DNA of 64,000 nt from an uncultured Candidatus Saccharibacteria bacterium (lineage in GTDB: Bacteria > Patescibacteriota > Minisyncoccia > Phycocordibacterales > Phycocordibacteraceae). Position 1 is the stretch's first letter; each line of letters opens with the position of its first letter. Below the pieces are notes generated by a model that worked only from the letters and a program-made list of their open reading frames with translations, had not been told where the DNA came from and ran no database searches. The DNA is taken from contig CAYSUL010000001.1 of assembly GCA_964434255.1 (NCBI GenBank), forward strand, positions 27,720 through 91,719, written 5' to 3'. The position numbers and the translations under genes are program-made. This document shows, piece by piece, positions 32,348 to 41,923 of this stretch.

Positions 32348-32650
32348 TTAAATGATCGCGAGGATGCTGGATTCGGAGAGGATGTAGTACTCCGTGCCGT
32401 CTATCTTCACTTCGTCGAAGCCGTATTTGGAGAAGAGGACGGTATCACCGATCTTAACGGTCATGGGGAGGAGGTCGCCGTCTTCATATTTGCCTCCGCC
32501 GACTGCAACGACTACCCCACGCTCCGGCTTTTCTCGGCTGGCCGAGTCCGGGATGATGATGCCTGATGCGGAGACTTCTTCACGAGAGGCGGGTTTGACG
32601 ACCACGCGGTCGTGAAGCGGTTGGATGGAAAGTTTTTCTGCTTTTACCAT
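32348..32650 (-). CDS. groS: Co-chaperonin GroES
   Basis: PLHDRVVV, SGIIIPD.A..EKP. Confidence 0.97.
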   Translation of the reverse strand: MVKAEKLSIQPLHDRVVVKPASREEVSASGIIIPDSASREKPERGVVVAVGGGKYEDGDLLPMTVKIGDTVLFSKYGFDEVKIDGTEYYILSESSILAII

Positions 32651-32728
32651 AAAGAAAAGGTATCGCTTAGGCGGTTAGTAACGAGTGAACATGAATTCCC
32701 TTTTTAACGCGCAAAACGGCGTTAAAAG

Positions 32729-32737
32729 TTATCCACA
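32729..32737 (+). promoter_or_regulatory. Perfect DnaA-box consensus (TTATCCACA)
   Basis: Exact 9-mer in the AT-rich groES/secG divergent intergenic region. Confidence 0.4.
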
Positions 32738-32913
32738 GTGTATATGAATTCATTGTGCACCGTCAAACATAAAGAAAAGCTGGATTTTTACCCGCACGAA
32801 CTAACTCAACGGCTATTTGACAACAACTTATGATAGATGTGCAATATCAGTCCCGGGAGAGGTGGATTCTTTTTTGCATTTTCTAGATACGGATGCTAAC
32901 GTAGGGCCTACAG

Positions 32914-33144
32914 ATGGAGACTCTAACGGCAGCACTGCCCTACGTACAGATAGCCCTCTCCGTGCTCCTCATTCTCGGCATCGTGCTGCAGAATCGTGGC
33001 GCTTCCCTTGGGGGGGCTTTCGGAGGCGATAATTTCTCATCGACCTTCTACAAGCGTCGTGGCGCGGAGAAATTCCTTTTCAACGCGACTATCGTCATCG
33101 CTATCCTTTTCGTAGCTGCAGCCGTCGCTGGTTTCCTCATTTAA
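32914..33144 (+). CDS. secG: Preprotein translocase subunit SecG
   Basis: VLQ.RGA.LG.AFGG, RRG.EK.L; two TM helices. Confidence 0.9.
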   Translation: METLTAALPYVQIALSVLLILGIVLQNRGASLGGAFGGDNFSSTFYKRRGAEKFLFNATIVIAILFVAAAVAGFLI

Positions 33145-33154
33145 GGACACCCTT

Positions 33155-34876
33155 ATGGAGCGGTTCTCTCGCTTCCCTACTACCTTCCCATCGTTCCAGA
33201 AGCCGGCGGCAATGTCCCGGTTCTTTTCGCATATCCGTAAGCTCCCACCGGGCGACAAGCTGGTAGCGAGCATCCTCGCGCTTGCGGTGGTCATAAGCTG
33301 CCTCGCAGGCATACGTGAGCTCCAGAAAACATTCCTCGTCGAGCAGCCAGCTCACGGCGGAACCCTCATCGAAGGGATGGTGGGTGCTCCACGCTTCGTG
33401 AATCCCCTTCTCGCGCTCACCGACGCCGACCGCGATCTCACCATGCTCACCTACGCGGGGCTCATGGGCATATCCGCTACCGGCGAGCTCACTCCAGTTC
33501 TAGCCGAGAGCTACACCATATCGGAGGACGGCAAGACGTATACGTTCATCATCCGCCAGCACGCGAAATTCTCGGACAATACGCCCGTGACCGCCGAAGA
33601 CGTCGTATTCACCGTCGAGAAAGCCCAGGACCCTACGCTCAAGTCCCCTGAGTACGCGAACTGGGCGAACATACGCGCCGAGGTAGTGGACTCGCGCACG
33701 GTGCGCTTCACGCTCCCGCAGGCGTACGCGCCGTTCATCGAGGACACCACGCTCGGCATACTCCCTTCCAGGCTCTGGAGGAATGTGCCCAACGACCAGT
33801 TCCCCTTCTCCCCTCTTATGGAGCGCCCGGTAGCGGCGGGCCCGTTCCGCGTCACGAACGTGCTGCGTGATGGGAACGGCGTCATCAAGGAATACGACCT
33901 CGTCGCCTTCAAGGGATACGCGACGGGACGTCCATATCTCGACGGTATCCACTTCAAGTTCTTTAGCTCCCCTTCCGATCTTTCGTCTGCGGTTCGCCGC
34001 GGCGCAATTGAAAGCGCGTACGGGGTCGCGAAGGACGGTGCGCTGCGCGCGCCCTACGCACGCGTGTTCGGGGTGTTCTATAACCCGGACAAACAGCCCA
34101 TCTTCGAGAACAAGGAGGTGCGCGAGGCGCTCTCGGTCGCCATCAATCGCGACAACATCGTGAATACGCTGCTTGGCGGGTACGCGACGCCGCTCACGGG
34201 ACCACTTCCTCCTGAAGGCGCTGATACGTTCGAACCCTCAGTGCTTCCTGACCCCGCTACCCGCATAGAGGCTGCGCGCCTCATTCTGGACGAAGGTGGC
34301 TGGGACTACGAGGAGGGTGTGGGATGGACGAAGGGAGAGACCGCGATGCCTACCATCACGCTCCGTACCTCGAGCGTCGCCGAGCTGAAGCTCATCGCTT
34401 CTTCGGTGCAGGCGGATTGGGAGCTGCTCGGAATACCGGTCGCGCTTGAGCTCTATGAGCCGGGCAGCCTCACCCAGGAAGTCATACGGCCACGCGAATA
34501 TGACGCCCTTCTCTTCGGTGAAGTGGTGGGACGCGACCGCGACCTCTTCGCGTTCTGGCACTCAAGCCAGCGCCGGGACCCGGGGCTCAATGTCGCACTC
34601 TATGCGAACGAGACCGTGGATGCGCTTCTCACGAAGGCACGCATGCAGAGCGATACGGAAGCTGCGCATGCCGATATCGTGCGTGCGGCTGGGCTTATCG
34701 CAGCTGACTATCCAGCCGCCTTTACGCATGCGCCCGACTTCCTGTATGCTGTACCTAAGGACCTTAAGGGCATCGTGCTTCCGCAAATAACGTCGCCCTC
34801 TGACCGTTTCGCAACGGTCGCGAGCTGGCATCGGTATACTGAATTCGTGTGGCCAATCTTAGTGAGTAGCAAGTAG
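33155..34876 (+). CDS. ABC transporter peptide-binding protein (family 5, OppA/DppA-like)
   Basis: LAESY..S.DGK.YTF, F.D..PVTAEDVVFT, GPF, VR.AL..AI.R. Confidence 0.88.
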   Translation: MERFSRFPTTFPSFQKPAAMSRFFSHIRKLPPGDKLVASILALAVVISCLAGIRELQKTFLVEQPAHGGTLIEGMVGAPRFVNPLLALTDADRDLTMLTYAGLMGISATGELTPVLAESYTISEDGKTYTFIIRQHAKFSDNTPVTAEDVVFTVEKAQDPTLKSPEYANWANIRAEVVDSRTVRFTLPQAYAPFIEDTTLGILPSRLWRNVPNDQFPFSPLMERPVAAGPFRVTNVLRDGNGVIKEYDLVAFKGYATGRPYLDGIHFKFFSSPSDLSSAVRRGAIESAYGVAKDGALRAPYARVFGVFYNPDKQPIFENKEVREALSVAINRDNIVNTLLGGYATPLTGPLPPEGADTFEPSVLPDPATRIEAARLILDEGGWDYEEGVGWTKGETAMPTITLRTSSVAELKLIASSVQADWELLGIPVALELYEPGSLTQEVIRPREYDALLFGEVVGRDRDLFAFWHSSQRRDPGLNVALYANETVDALLTKARMQSDTEAAHADIVRAAGLIAADYPAAFTHAPDFLYAVPKDLKGIVLPQITSPSDRFATVASWHRYTEFVWPILVSSK

Positions 34877-34961
34877 TAGGTTAAGCGACCTCTCGCTTCC
34901 CGTGCCTACTGCTCTCTACTTGGTAGGAAATTAATTATCCTGTTCTAAATCATTCATCGTT

Positions 34962-36923
34962 ATGTCTCCATCACCTGCTCCCGCTCCTGCGCCAGCTCCG
35001 GCTCCCCGGAACCCGCAAGGAAGCAACCAACCGGCGCGTCCTCCTCGTAGCGAGGGCCCGCGCGAACCACGCCGAGAGGGCGACGCACCACGCGGTCGCG
35101 GTTCTCGCGGCGGTCGTGGCGGCGCCGGTGGCGGCGAGCGCCCTGGTCGCGTATCGCGCCAGATCCGCCGCACGCTCCGTCGTCCGTCGGGTCCCTCCCA
35201 GGCGACCACTCAAGCAAAAGCCGTTCCTGACTACTTCCCTGCCAAGCCCGCAGAAGGCGTTGTGCGTATCGTCCCCTTGGGCGGCGTCGAGGAAGTCGGC
35301 CGCAACATGTTCACCGTCGAAACCAACGGCGACATATTCATATTCGATGTAGGATTCCAGTTCACGTCCGAGGACACTTCTCCAGGCGTCGACTACATTC
35401 TCCCGAACACGAGCTATCTCGAGAAGAACCAGGACCGCGTGCGCGGCGTGTTCATCACGCACGGTCACCTCGACCACATCGGCGGTATCCCGTTCCTCAT
35501 GAACCGTTTCGGCAATCCGCCTATCTACACGCAGAACCTCACTGCGGTGATGATAGCCAAGCGCCAGGAGGAGTACCCTGATATGCCGAAGCCGAATCTC
35601 GTCGTCGTCGAAGTGGGCCAGACCATGACCATCGGTTCTACCAAGGTGCAGTTCTTCCCCGTCACGCACTCCATCCCGGACTCGATGGGTATCGCTATCG
35701 AGACGCCGCACGGAAACGTCGTCGTCACCGGTGACCTCAAGCTCGACCACGAGAACGGCATCCCTACCGAGAAGGAAGTGAAGACGTGGGGCCATCTCGC
35801 CTCGCAGAAGAACCTCTTCTTCATCGCGGACTCGACCAACGCGGAGCGCGATGGGTTCTCGGTGCCTGAGCGCAAAGTGCACGAGACGCTCGAGAACATC
35901 ATCAAGACGGTCCAGGGCCGCCTCATCATCGGTACCTTCGCCTCGCAGTTCGAGCGCATGATCCGCATCATCGAGATATCGGAATCGCTCGGCAAGAAGA
36001 TAGTCACCGAGGGCCGCTCCATCAAGACGAACCTCGAGATAGCGCAGAAGACGGGCCTTCTTAACATCAAGAAGGAAACGCTCATCAGCGCGCAGGAAAT
36101 CGGTGACTACCCTCCCGACAAGGTGGTTATTCTTGCAACTGGTGCCCAGGGCGAGGAGTTCGCTGCCCTCATGCGCATAGCGACGAAGCAGCATAAGAAC
36201 ATCACCCTCACGAACAAGGACACCATCGTGCTCTCGTCCTCGGTCATTCCGGGCAACGAGATATCGGTGCAGCGCCTGAAGGACAACCTGTACCGCAATG
36301 GCGTTACGCTCATCCACTACCGCTCATCCGATGTGCACTCGACCGGGCACGGCAACACCGGCGAGCTCATCTGGATTAACCAGCAGGTGAACGCGAAGTT
36401 CTTCATGCCCGCCTACGGCTACTACTCGATGACCGCCAGCCACGCCAAGGCCATCGAGCAGGCCGGACGCCCGCGCGAGAGCATTGTCGTCGCTGACAAC
36501 GGTACCGTCATCGATATCGAGGACGGAGAGCGCCTCAACGTCCACAAGCAGAAAGTGCCATCCGCACCGCTCGTGGTCGACGGCTTCTCCATCGGGGATA
36601 TGCAGGAAGTGGTCATCCGTGACCGCCAGATGCTCGCGAAGGACGGTATGTTCGTGATCATCGCGACGGTGAACCTCAAGACCGGAAAGCTTCGTAAGTC
36701 CCCGGATATCATTTCCCGTGGCTTCGTGTACCTGCGCGAGAGCCAGGACATGCTCAACCAGGCACGACTTCTCATCAAGAAGACGGTTGAGGACTCGACG
36801 CAGGGCATGAACCCAGTCGACCTCGACTACGTGAAGAATGCACTCTCCGACACCATGGCGGGCTATCTCTTCGCGAGGACGAATAAGGCACCGATGGTCA
36901 TTCCGGTGTTGATCGGGGTCTAG
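34962..36923 (+). CDS. rnj: Ribonuclease J
   Basis: PLGG.EE.GRNM, THGHLDHIG, HSIPD, TGAQGE, H.TGH. Confidence 0.95.
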   Translation: MSPSPAPAPAPAPAPRNPQGSNQPARPPRSEGPREPRREGDAPRGRGSRGGRGGAGGGERPGRVSRQIRRTLRRPSGPSQATTQAKAVPDYFPAKPAEGVVRIVPLGGVEEVGRNMFTVETNGDIFIFDVGFQFTSEDTSPGVDYILPNTSYLEKNQDRVRGVFITHGHLDHIGGIPFLMNRFGNPPIYTQNLTAVMIAKRQEEYPDMPKPNLVVVEVGQTMTIGSTKVQFFPVTHSIPDSMGIAIETPHGNVVVTGDLKLDHENGIPTEKEVKTWGHLASQKNLFFIADSTNAERDGFSVPERKVHETLENIIKTVQGRLIIGTFASQFERMIRIIEISESLGKKIVTEGRSIKTNLEIAQKTGLLNIKKETLISAQEIGDYPPDKVVILATGAQGEEFAALMRIATKQHKNITLTNKDTIVLSSSVIPGNEISVQRLKDNLYRNGVTLIHYRSSDVHSTGHGNTGELIWINQQVNAKFFMPAYGYYSMTASHAKAIEQAGRPRESIVVADNGTVIDIEDGERLNVHKQKVPSAPLVVDGFSIGDMQEVVIRDRQMLAKDGMFVIIATVNLKTGKLRKSPDIISRGFVYLRESQDMLNQARLLIKKTVEDSTQGMNPVDLDYVKNALSDTMAGYLFARTNKAPMVIPVLIGV

Positions 36924-36994
36924 ATCAGTCCATCGTTTCGATCGAAGCAAACCGCCGCGCTTTCGCGCGGCGGTTTGCTTTCATCTATTGTTCA

Positions 36995-38221
36995 GTGCGA
37001 ATGATACAATTTCTGCACATGCAACCGCGGCAAGTACTGTGGCTCGGCAATTTCTTCTCGGCCGCGCACTTCTTCCTCATCATCTACATAGTCGGGCCGT
37101 ATCTCGAAACGCTCATTGGCGTCGCGGGAGCTGGGCTCGTCATAACGATGGGAGCGGTCATTACACTCCTCATCTTCCCGATCATGCCGCGACTGGTCGC
37201 GAAGCGCGGTGCGAAACGCATCGCTATCGCCCTCGCCTTCTTCCAGGCGGTCGTGCTCACCATACTCGCAGGAAGTCCTTCGGCAGGGATCGCGATAGCG
37301 TGCGTCGCGCTCGCCTGCGCGACCTCTCCCCTTCTCGCGTATCAGCTCGACCTCCTGCTCGAAGCGACCGTAAAGGAAGAGGGTTCGACCGGACGCGTGC
37401 GCACTGCATTCATGACGGTCGGTAGCCTCGCGCTCGTGCTTGCGCCGCTTATGGTGGGCCTTCTCCTTGATGGGACGAACCGGTACGACCTCGTATTCTT
37501 CGCAGCGGCCGTTTCCCTCACCCCGTTCATCATGCTCTTCCTGGTGGAGCGCATACCGGAGGGCCTGCCGCCTCACGGGAGCAAGATAGCAGCGGTATTC
37601 ACCTGTATGTGGGGGGATAGGGATTTCCGGGCCGTCGCCTTCTCGTACGGCCTCTTGCAGGTATTCTTCCATCTCGCCCCGCTCTATATCCCCATCTACC
37701 TCCACACCGTGCTTGGCATGCCGTGGGACCAGCTCGGCTGGATGTTCGCCATCATGGTGCTCCCGTTCGTGTTCCTCGAGTACCCTGCGGGATATCTCGC
37801 TGACCGGTACTTCGGCGATCGGCTCCTTCTGGTCGCGGGATTCATCATCATGGGCCTGGCATTCGCAGCGTTCACCTTCGTTGACGCCGCGACGCCGCTC
37901 GTCGTCATCCTCGCTATCTTGGTGCTCACCCGCATTGGTGCGGCGCTCGCCGAAGCGATGGTGGAGGGGCACTTCTTCAGGCGTGTGTCGGAGCGCGACC
38001 CCAATACGGTGAGCGTGTTCCGCATGATGCGTCCGGGGGGCGCGCTCGTCGCGCCCTTGCTTGGGAGCATCTTCCTCATCCTCGGTGGCTACAGCATGCT
38101 CTTCTTCGTGCTCGGTCTTGCCATTGCGTTCGCCGGCACGGTGATGGGGCTGCGCGTCCAGGACACCCGCTACCCGGGAAGGGAGAATCTCGTTCCTGTC
38201 CTTGCTACCAAACCTTCCTGA
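36995..38221 (+). CDS. MFS transporter
   Basis: About 12 hydrophobic segments, G.LADR.FG.R motif. Confidence 0.8.
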   Translation: MRMIQFLHMQPRQVLWLGNFFSAAHFFLIIYIVGPYLETLIGVAGAGLVITMGAVITLLIFPIMPRLVAKRGAKRIAIALAFFQAVVLTILAGSPSAGIAIACVALACATSPLLAYQLDLLLEATVKEEGSTGRVRTAFMTVGSLALVLAPLMVGLLLDGTNRYDLVFFAAAVSLTPFIMLFLVERIPEGLPPHGSKIAAVFTCMWGDRDFRAVAFSYGLLQVFFHLAPLYIPIYLHTVLGMPWDQLGWMFAIMVLPFVFLEYPAGYLADRYFGDRLLLVAGFIIMGLAFAAFTFVDAATPLVVILAILVLTRIGAALAEAMVEGHFFRRVSERDPNTVSVFRMMRPGGALVAPLLGSIFLILGGYSMLFFVLGLAIAFAGTVMGLRVQDTRYPGRENLVPVLATKPS

Positions 38222-38979
38222 ACGAGCTTTACGAGGGCGGATTCCATTTGCGGTCGGCGTTCTGTTCCAAGAAGTCCCGTAAGGGCTTTCTTTGTTTGGG
38301 TTCCTGACAGAAGGGCTCGGAGTACGGCGCCACGCGCTTGGCGTTCTGAACCCTCGAACTTGGATTGCCTCGTATATCCTTTCGCTCTCGAGTTGATGCG
38401 GACACCGCTACGCTTCAGGTGCGAGCCATAGTCCATGAGCGCGGCATACCATTCGCGCGCCTTCCCTTTTGGATACGCCCTTGTTAGTACCTCGAGTACT
38501 TCTTTATCTGAAACTGTCTCCTGCTCCGGAAAGAAATGGTGCGTGACGGCCGTGCGGATATTTGTTTCTATGAAAATACTGTCTGCGTTCGCGGAGAATG
38601 CCGCGACCGCACGAGCGGTGTATGGACCGACTCCCGGGAGTGTTTCGAGCGTTACGGCGTCAGTCGGCATCTTGCCCTTGTGCTCACGTACGACCACTTT
38701 CGCCGCTTCATGCAGCATCTTGGCGCGACGATTGTATCCAAGTCCTTGCCACTGGCGTAGGACGGAGGAAAGAGGCGCTTTCGCGAGTGCAGCGATCGTC
38801 GGGAATTCCTTGAGGAAGTTCTTATAGTATGGAATGACGCGCTCTACCTGCGTCTGCTGAAGCATTACTTCGGAGACGAGGATACGGTATGCATCCGTAG
38901 TCTTTCGCCATGGCAGGTCATGCCTGCCATGCGTGCGGTAGTGCTTCCAGACGAGAGCCCTAAAGGTTGATGGTGTCAT
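38170..38979 (-). CDS. mutY: A/G-specific adenine glycosylase (MutY-like, short form)
   Basis: LPWR, VSEVMLQQTQV, W.GLGY.RRA, LPGVGPYTA HhH. Confidence 0.88.
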   Translation of the reverse strand: MTPSTFRALVWKHYRTHGRHDLPWRKTTDAYRILVSEVMLQQTQVERVIPYYKNFLKEFPTIAALAKAPLSSVLRQWQGLGYNRRAKMLHEAAKVVVREHKGKMPTDAVTLETLPGVGPYTARAVAAFSANADSIFIETNIRTAVTHHFFPEQETVSDKEVLEVLTRAYPKGKAREWYAALMDYGSHLKRSGVRINSRAKGYTRQSKFEGSERQARGAVLRALLSGTQTKKALTGLLGTERRPQMESALVKLVQEGLVARTGTRFSLPG

Positions 38980-39214
38980 CCTCCGAAGTGTCCGTAACTG
39001 GCTTCGAAGCGACCGGAGTTATGAGTGGCTCTGAAGGCACGATGAAGATTCCGAGGATGTAGGCGATGATTCCGGGGAAAACACCGGTAAGGACGGTGAT
39101 TATCGTGTAGACAAGTCGGATAGCGTTGGCATCGACGTTCAGGTACTCGCCCGCCCCGCCGCAGAGCCCTCCGATTATCCTATCCGTTCGGCTTCTGTAG
39201 AGTTTCTTGGTCAT
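38960..39214 (-). CDS. pspC: PspC domain protein
   Basis: KLYRSR.DR.IGG.CGG..EY..VD...IRL. Confidence 0.9.
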   Translation of the reverse strand: MTKKLYRSRTDRIIGGLCGGAGEYLNVDANAIRLVYTIITVLTGVFPGIIAYILGIFIVPSEPLITPVASKPVTDTSEDDTINL

Positions 39215-39256
39215 GGGGGCATTATACGGAATTACTGAGGGAAGCGGAATCGCGGC

Positions 39257-39307
39257 CTGGGACGATGCTGGAACCCTTATGCAATCTATGTTAGGTTCTG
39301 TCTAGAC
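39257..39307 (+). repeat. Recurrent att-like motif copy A (CTGGGACGATGCTGGAAC + extension)
   Basis: 39259-39307 is 44/49 identical to 54791-54839. Confidence 0.85.
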
Positions 39308-39322
39308 TGAATGGAGGCGGAT

Positions 39323-39697
39323 ATGAATATCCCAATCGGTACTCGCCTGGGCGTGGCGCCCAGCCTTCTTGCCCAAATCCTTGCCGGCTTTACTGGTAAG
39401 CCCCCGCCGATTCGCACCGGCAGCGTGGTGTACCGGGAAATCGGCGAGCGGAGCAAGCTACCCCTGTACACCCTGGCGTTCGACGATGGTAGCACTGACT
39501 GCTATTTCGAATCTCAGATGATCATTCCCGAGACTTGCGTGTGCGGGACCCAAATGGATGAGGTCTGCTTCATCGACGGAACCGACAACTGTCTCGCCTG
39601 CCACGAGCTACATGTGATGGAACAGACTGGCGCAGGGGTTGTCTTTTCTCCAGCTCATAAACGTCGGGCATTCAATCTCGTCCGCCCCGAAAAGTGA
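39323..39697 (+). CDS. Hypothetical protein (orphan, CxC/CxxC motifs)
   Basis: GGAGG SD, own terminator CCACCCGAC/GTCGGGTGG-TTTTT. Confidence 0.6.
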   Translation: MNIPIGTRLGVAPSLLAQILAGFTGKPPPIRTGSVVYREIGERSKLPLYTLAFDDGSTDCYFESQMIIPETCVCGTQMDEVCFIDGTDNCLACHELHVMEQTGAGVVFSPAHKRRAFNLVRPEK

Positions 39698-39746
39698 GAC
39701 CACCCACAGAGCCACCCGACCCTGTCGGGTGGTTTTTGTTTTACCA

Positions 39747-39770
39747 CTGGCAGACTAGGCCTCGAATCTA
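39747..39770 (-). repeat. tRNA-Gln-like 3' fragment T1 (degenerate)
   Basis: Minus strand TAGATTCGAGGCCTAGTCTGCCAG; its TAG is the HAD gene stop. Confidence 0.6.
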
Positions 39771-40460
39771 CATCTCATAAATCACATCCTTCCTCTCCAC
39801 CACGACTGGCCAGCCATGCTTCTTCGCATGCCGATAGAGAAGACGGTTCGGATTGAACGCGACCGGGTTCTCGACCATCGTAAGCATGGAGATATCACTC
39901 TCGGTGTCCCCTACCCCATAGGAATTCTTGAAGGTGAGGTTCTCCTTCTCGACCGCGCGCTTGAGTACCGCACTCTTGTTCATGATGAGATGCTCGTCCG
40001 CTATCTCGCCGGTGAAGCGGTTACTGGCCCCTGTCTCGTAGAACGTGCCATAGGACTTGTGGAACCCGAGCTCGTACGCGAATCCGTCCACGATGAACTT
40101 CGGCGAGTGCGAGATGGCAAGGAGGAAGTATCCCTTCGCCTTCAAATCATCGACGAGATCGCGGGTATAGCGATACGTCCTGTCCTTCTTGGCTTCAATT
40201 ATCTCGCCTGCTACGTCAGCAACATCGCCATACGGCGCCCCCTTCGCATGCTTACCGAACGCCTGCACTACTTTCTTTATAAAAGGCTCGTACTCCCCTT
40301 TTCTGTTCAACCATTCGAGCTGCGAGGTCTCATAGCTCTTCCGGGCGTCTGCCGGGAATATCTCTCGCTTGATCAGCTCCTCGACGAGCTCTATGAGGAG
40401 CGAGGAGCGGAAGAGTGTGCCGTCTATATCGAATACCGCGACGGGCTGCTGCTTTTCCAT
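39768..40460 (-). CDS. HAD-IB family hydrolase (SerB-like)
   Basis: FDIDGT, GDTESD..ML, NP. Confidence 0.88.
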   Translation of the reverse strand: MEKQQPVAVFDIDGTLFRSSLLIELVEELIKREIFPADARKSYETSQLEWLNRKGEYEPFIKKVVQAFGKHAKGAPYGDVADVAGEIIEAKKDRTYRYTRDLVDDLKAKGYFLLAISHSPKFIVDGFAYELGFHKSYGTFYETGASNRFTGEIADEHLIMNKSAVLKRAVEKENLTFKNSYGVGDTESDISMLTMVENPVAFNPNRLLYRHAKKHGWPVVVERKDVIYEM

Positions 40461-40526
40461 GCCTCCATGGTACCTCTACTGCGGAAAAGGAAAAGCGCCT
40501 CCGAAGAGACGCTGTTTCGCACGAAA

Positions 40527-40735
40527 GGACCGGCCCCAGCCCTTTAGCTTCCACCGAAGTAGCAAATAATGCGCCGGAGCGCTGATATGCCCTTGACCGC
40601 ACTCCTTTAGGCTGCAGGGCGCACCTTTTATCCCGGGGTATGGGAGGTGCAACAATGTAGACACACGGGAGTGTGAACGGCCAACCCCTTGAGCTTTCAC
40701 TGTGTCGGGTTGGTTCAAGGACTGGGACCTGGACC
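40527..40735 (-). ncRNA. Structured ncRNA candidate (possibly 6S-like)
   Basis: Long closing stem between ends, internal hairpins, downstream terminator-like hairpin at about 40491-40514. Confidence 0.5.
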
Positions 40736-40765
40736 GATGCTACTCCTGACGCGCGCCCGCGTCAA

Positions 40766-41449
40766 TCACTTCGCCTTAGGCCAGACAAGAGCAGCCGGAG
40801 ACCATATCTTCGTCAACGGATGATCCTCGCAAGCGTGCGGGATAGCGTTGCAGACGTAGCGGCCATACAGCACGAGGCCGTTATTCACGTACCGCCAATC
40901 TTTCTTCGGCACTAAAGCCTCGAGCTCCTTCGATATCTTCGTGAGCTCGGTGGAATCGGATAGGTCGAAGCGAATAGCGAAGCGCCGTACGTGCGTATCG
41001 GTCGGTATGCCATCCCAGATGTTATACAGCTCGCCGAGCACCACATGCGCGGTCTTGTACGCGACCCCTGGAAGTTTCGTCAGCTCTGGCTCGGTCTTGG
41101 GCACCTCTCCACCGAATTCATCGAGAAGGAGCCGTGCGGAACTTAAGATGTATTTCGTCTTGCTCTGATGGAACGTGATGCTCGAGGTCTCGCGGGAGAA
41201 TACGCCAGGGTCTGCGTCCGCAAAATCCTGAACGGTTTGGTATTTCTTGAAAAGCGTATCGGTGACTGCGTTCACTTTCTTATCCGTGCACTGCGCAGAA
41301 AGAATGACGGCGACCACCAGCTGGAACGGGGTGGAATAGTTGAGCTCTGTCTTGGGGATGGGATAGGTCTTCTTGAGATACGCGAGTATCTTCCCCATCC
41401 GCTCCTTTCGCTCCTCGAACTTGGGGTCGAGCATCGGAAGTTGGCTCAT
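40766..41449 (-). CDS. nth: Endonuclease III
   Basis: LVVAVILSAQCTDK.VN, LPGV..KTA, DTHV.R. Confidence 0.92.
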   Translation of the reverse strand: MSQLPMLDPKFEERKERMGKILAYLKKTYPIPKTELNYSTPFQLVVAVILSAQCTDKKVNAVTDTLFKKYQTVQDFADADPGVFSRETSSITFHQSKTKYILSSARLLLDEFGGEVPKTEPELTKLPGVAYKTAHVVLGELYNIWDGIPTDTHVRRFAIRFDLSDSTELTKISKELEALVPKKDWRYVNNGLVLYGRYVCNAIPHACEDHPLTKIWSPAALVWPKAK

Positions 41450-41455
41450 AGGCTT

Positions 41456-41923
41456 CTAAGCGAGCTCACGGAGGTCGGCAAGCACTTCTTCTGCATGTTT
41501 TTCCGGCTTCACTCCCTCATACACCTTCAGTATGGTTCCGTCAGACCCTACAAGGAACGAAGTGCGGAATATTCCATCGTATTCACGGCCCATGAACTTC
41601 TTCCTTCCCCATACGTCGTATGCGTTCACTACTTTCCTGTCCTCGTCCGCAAGCAGCGGGAACATAAGACCATGCTTCTCCACGAACTTCTTGTGGCTCT
41701 TTACGCTATCGGCCGATATACCGAGCACCACTGCCTTGAGCTTCTTGAAATCAGGTTCCGCGTCGCGTATGGCGCACGCCTGCTTGGTACAGCCTGGCGT
41801 ATCGTCCTTCGGATAGAAATAGATGAGAACGGGCTTGCCGCGATAGCTTGAGAGCGTGTGCGGGGTGCCATCCTGGTCGAGAAGCGTAAAGTCCGGAGCC
41901 TGCGCTCCTACTTTCGGCATCAT
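41456..41923 (-). CDS. bcp: Peroxiredoxin Bcp
   Basis: YFYPKDDTPGCTKQAC. Confidence 0.93.
   Translation of the reverse strand: MMPKVGAQAPDFTLLDQDGTPHTLSSYRGKPVLIYFYPKDDTPGCTKQACAIRDAEPDFKKLKAVVLGISADSVKSHKKFVEKHGLMFPLLADEDRKVVNAYDVWGRKKFMGREYDGIFRTSFLVGSDGTILKVYEGVKPEKHAEEVLADLRELA

Noticed and set aside
32651-32913. AT-rich divergent intergenic region with a perfect DnaA box as possible oriC
   Set aside because: Only one clear box, no dnaA nearby, and no box cluster or evident unwinding repeats. No CIRCE element was seen either.
38170-38221. 52-nt convergent overlap of MFS and mutY 3' ends
   Set aside because: Short tail-to-tail overlaps are common in compact genomes.
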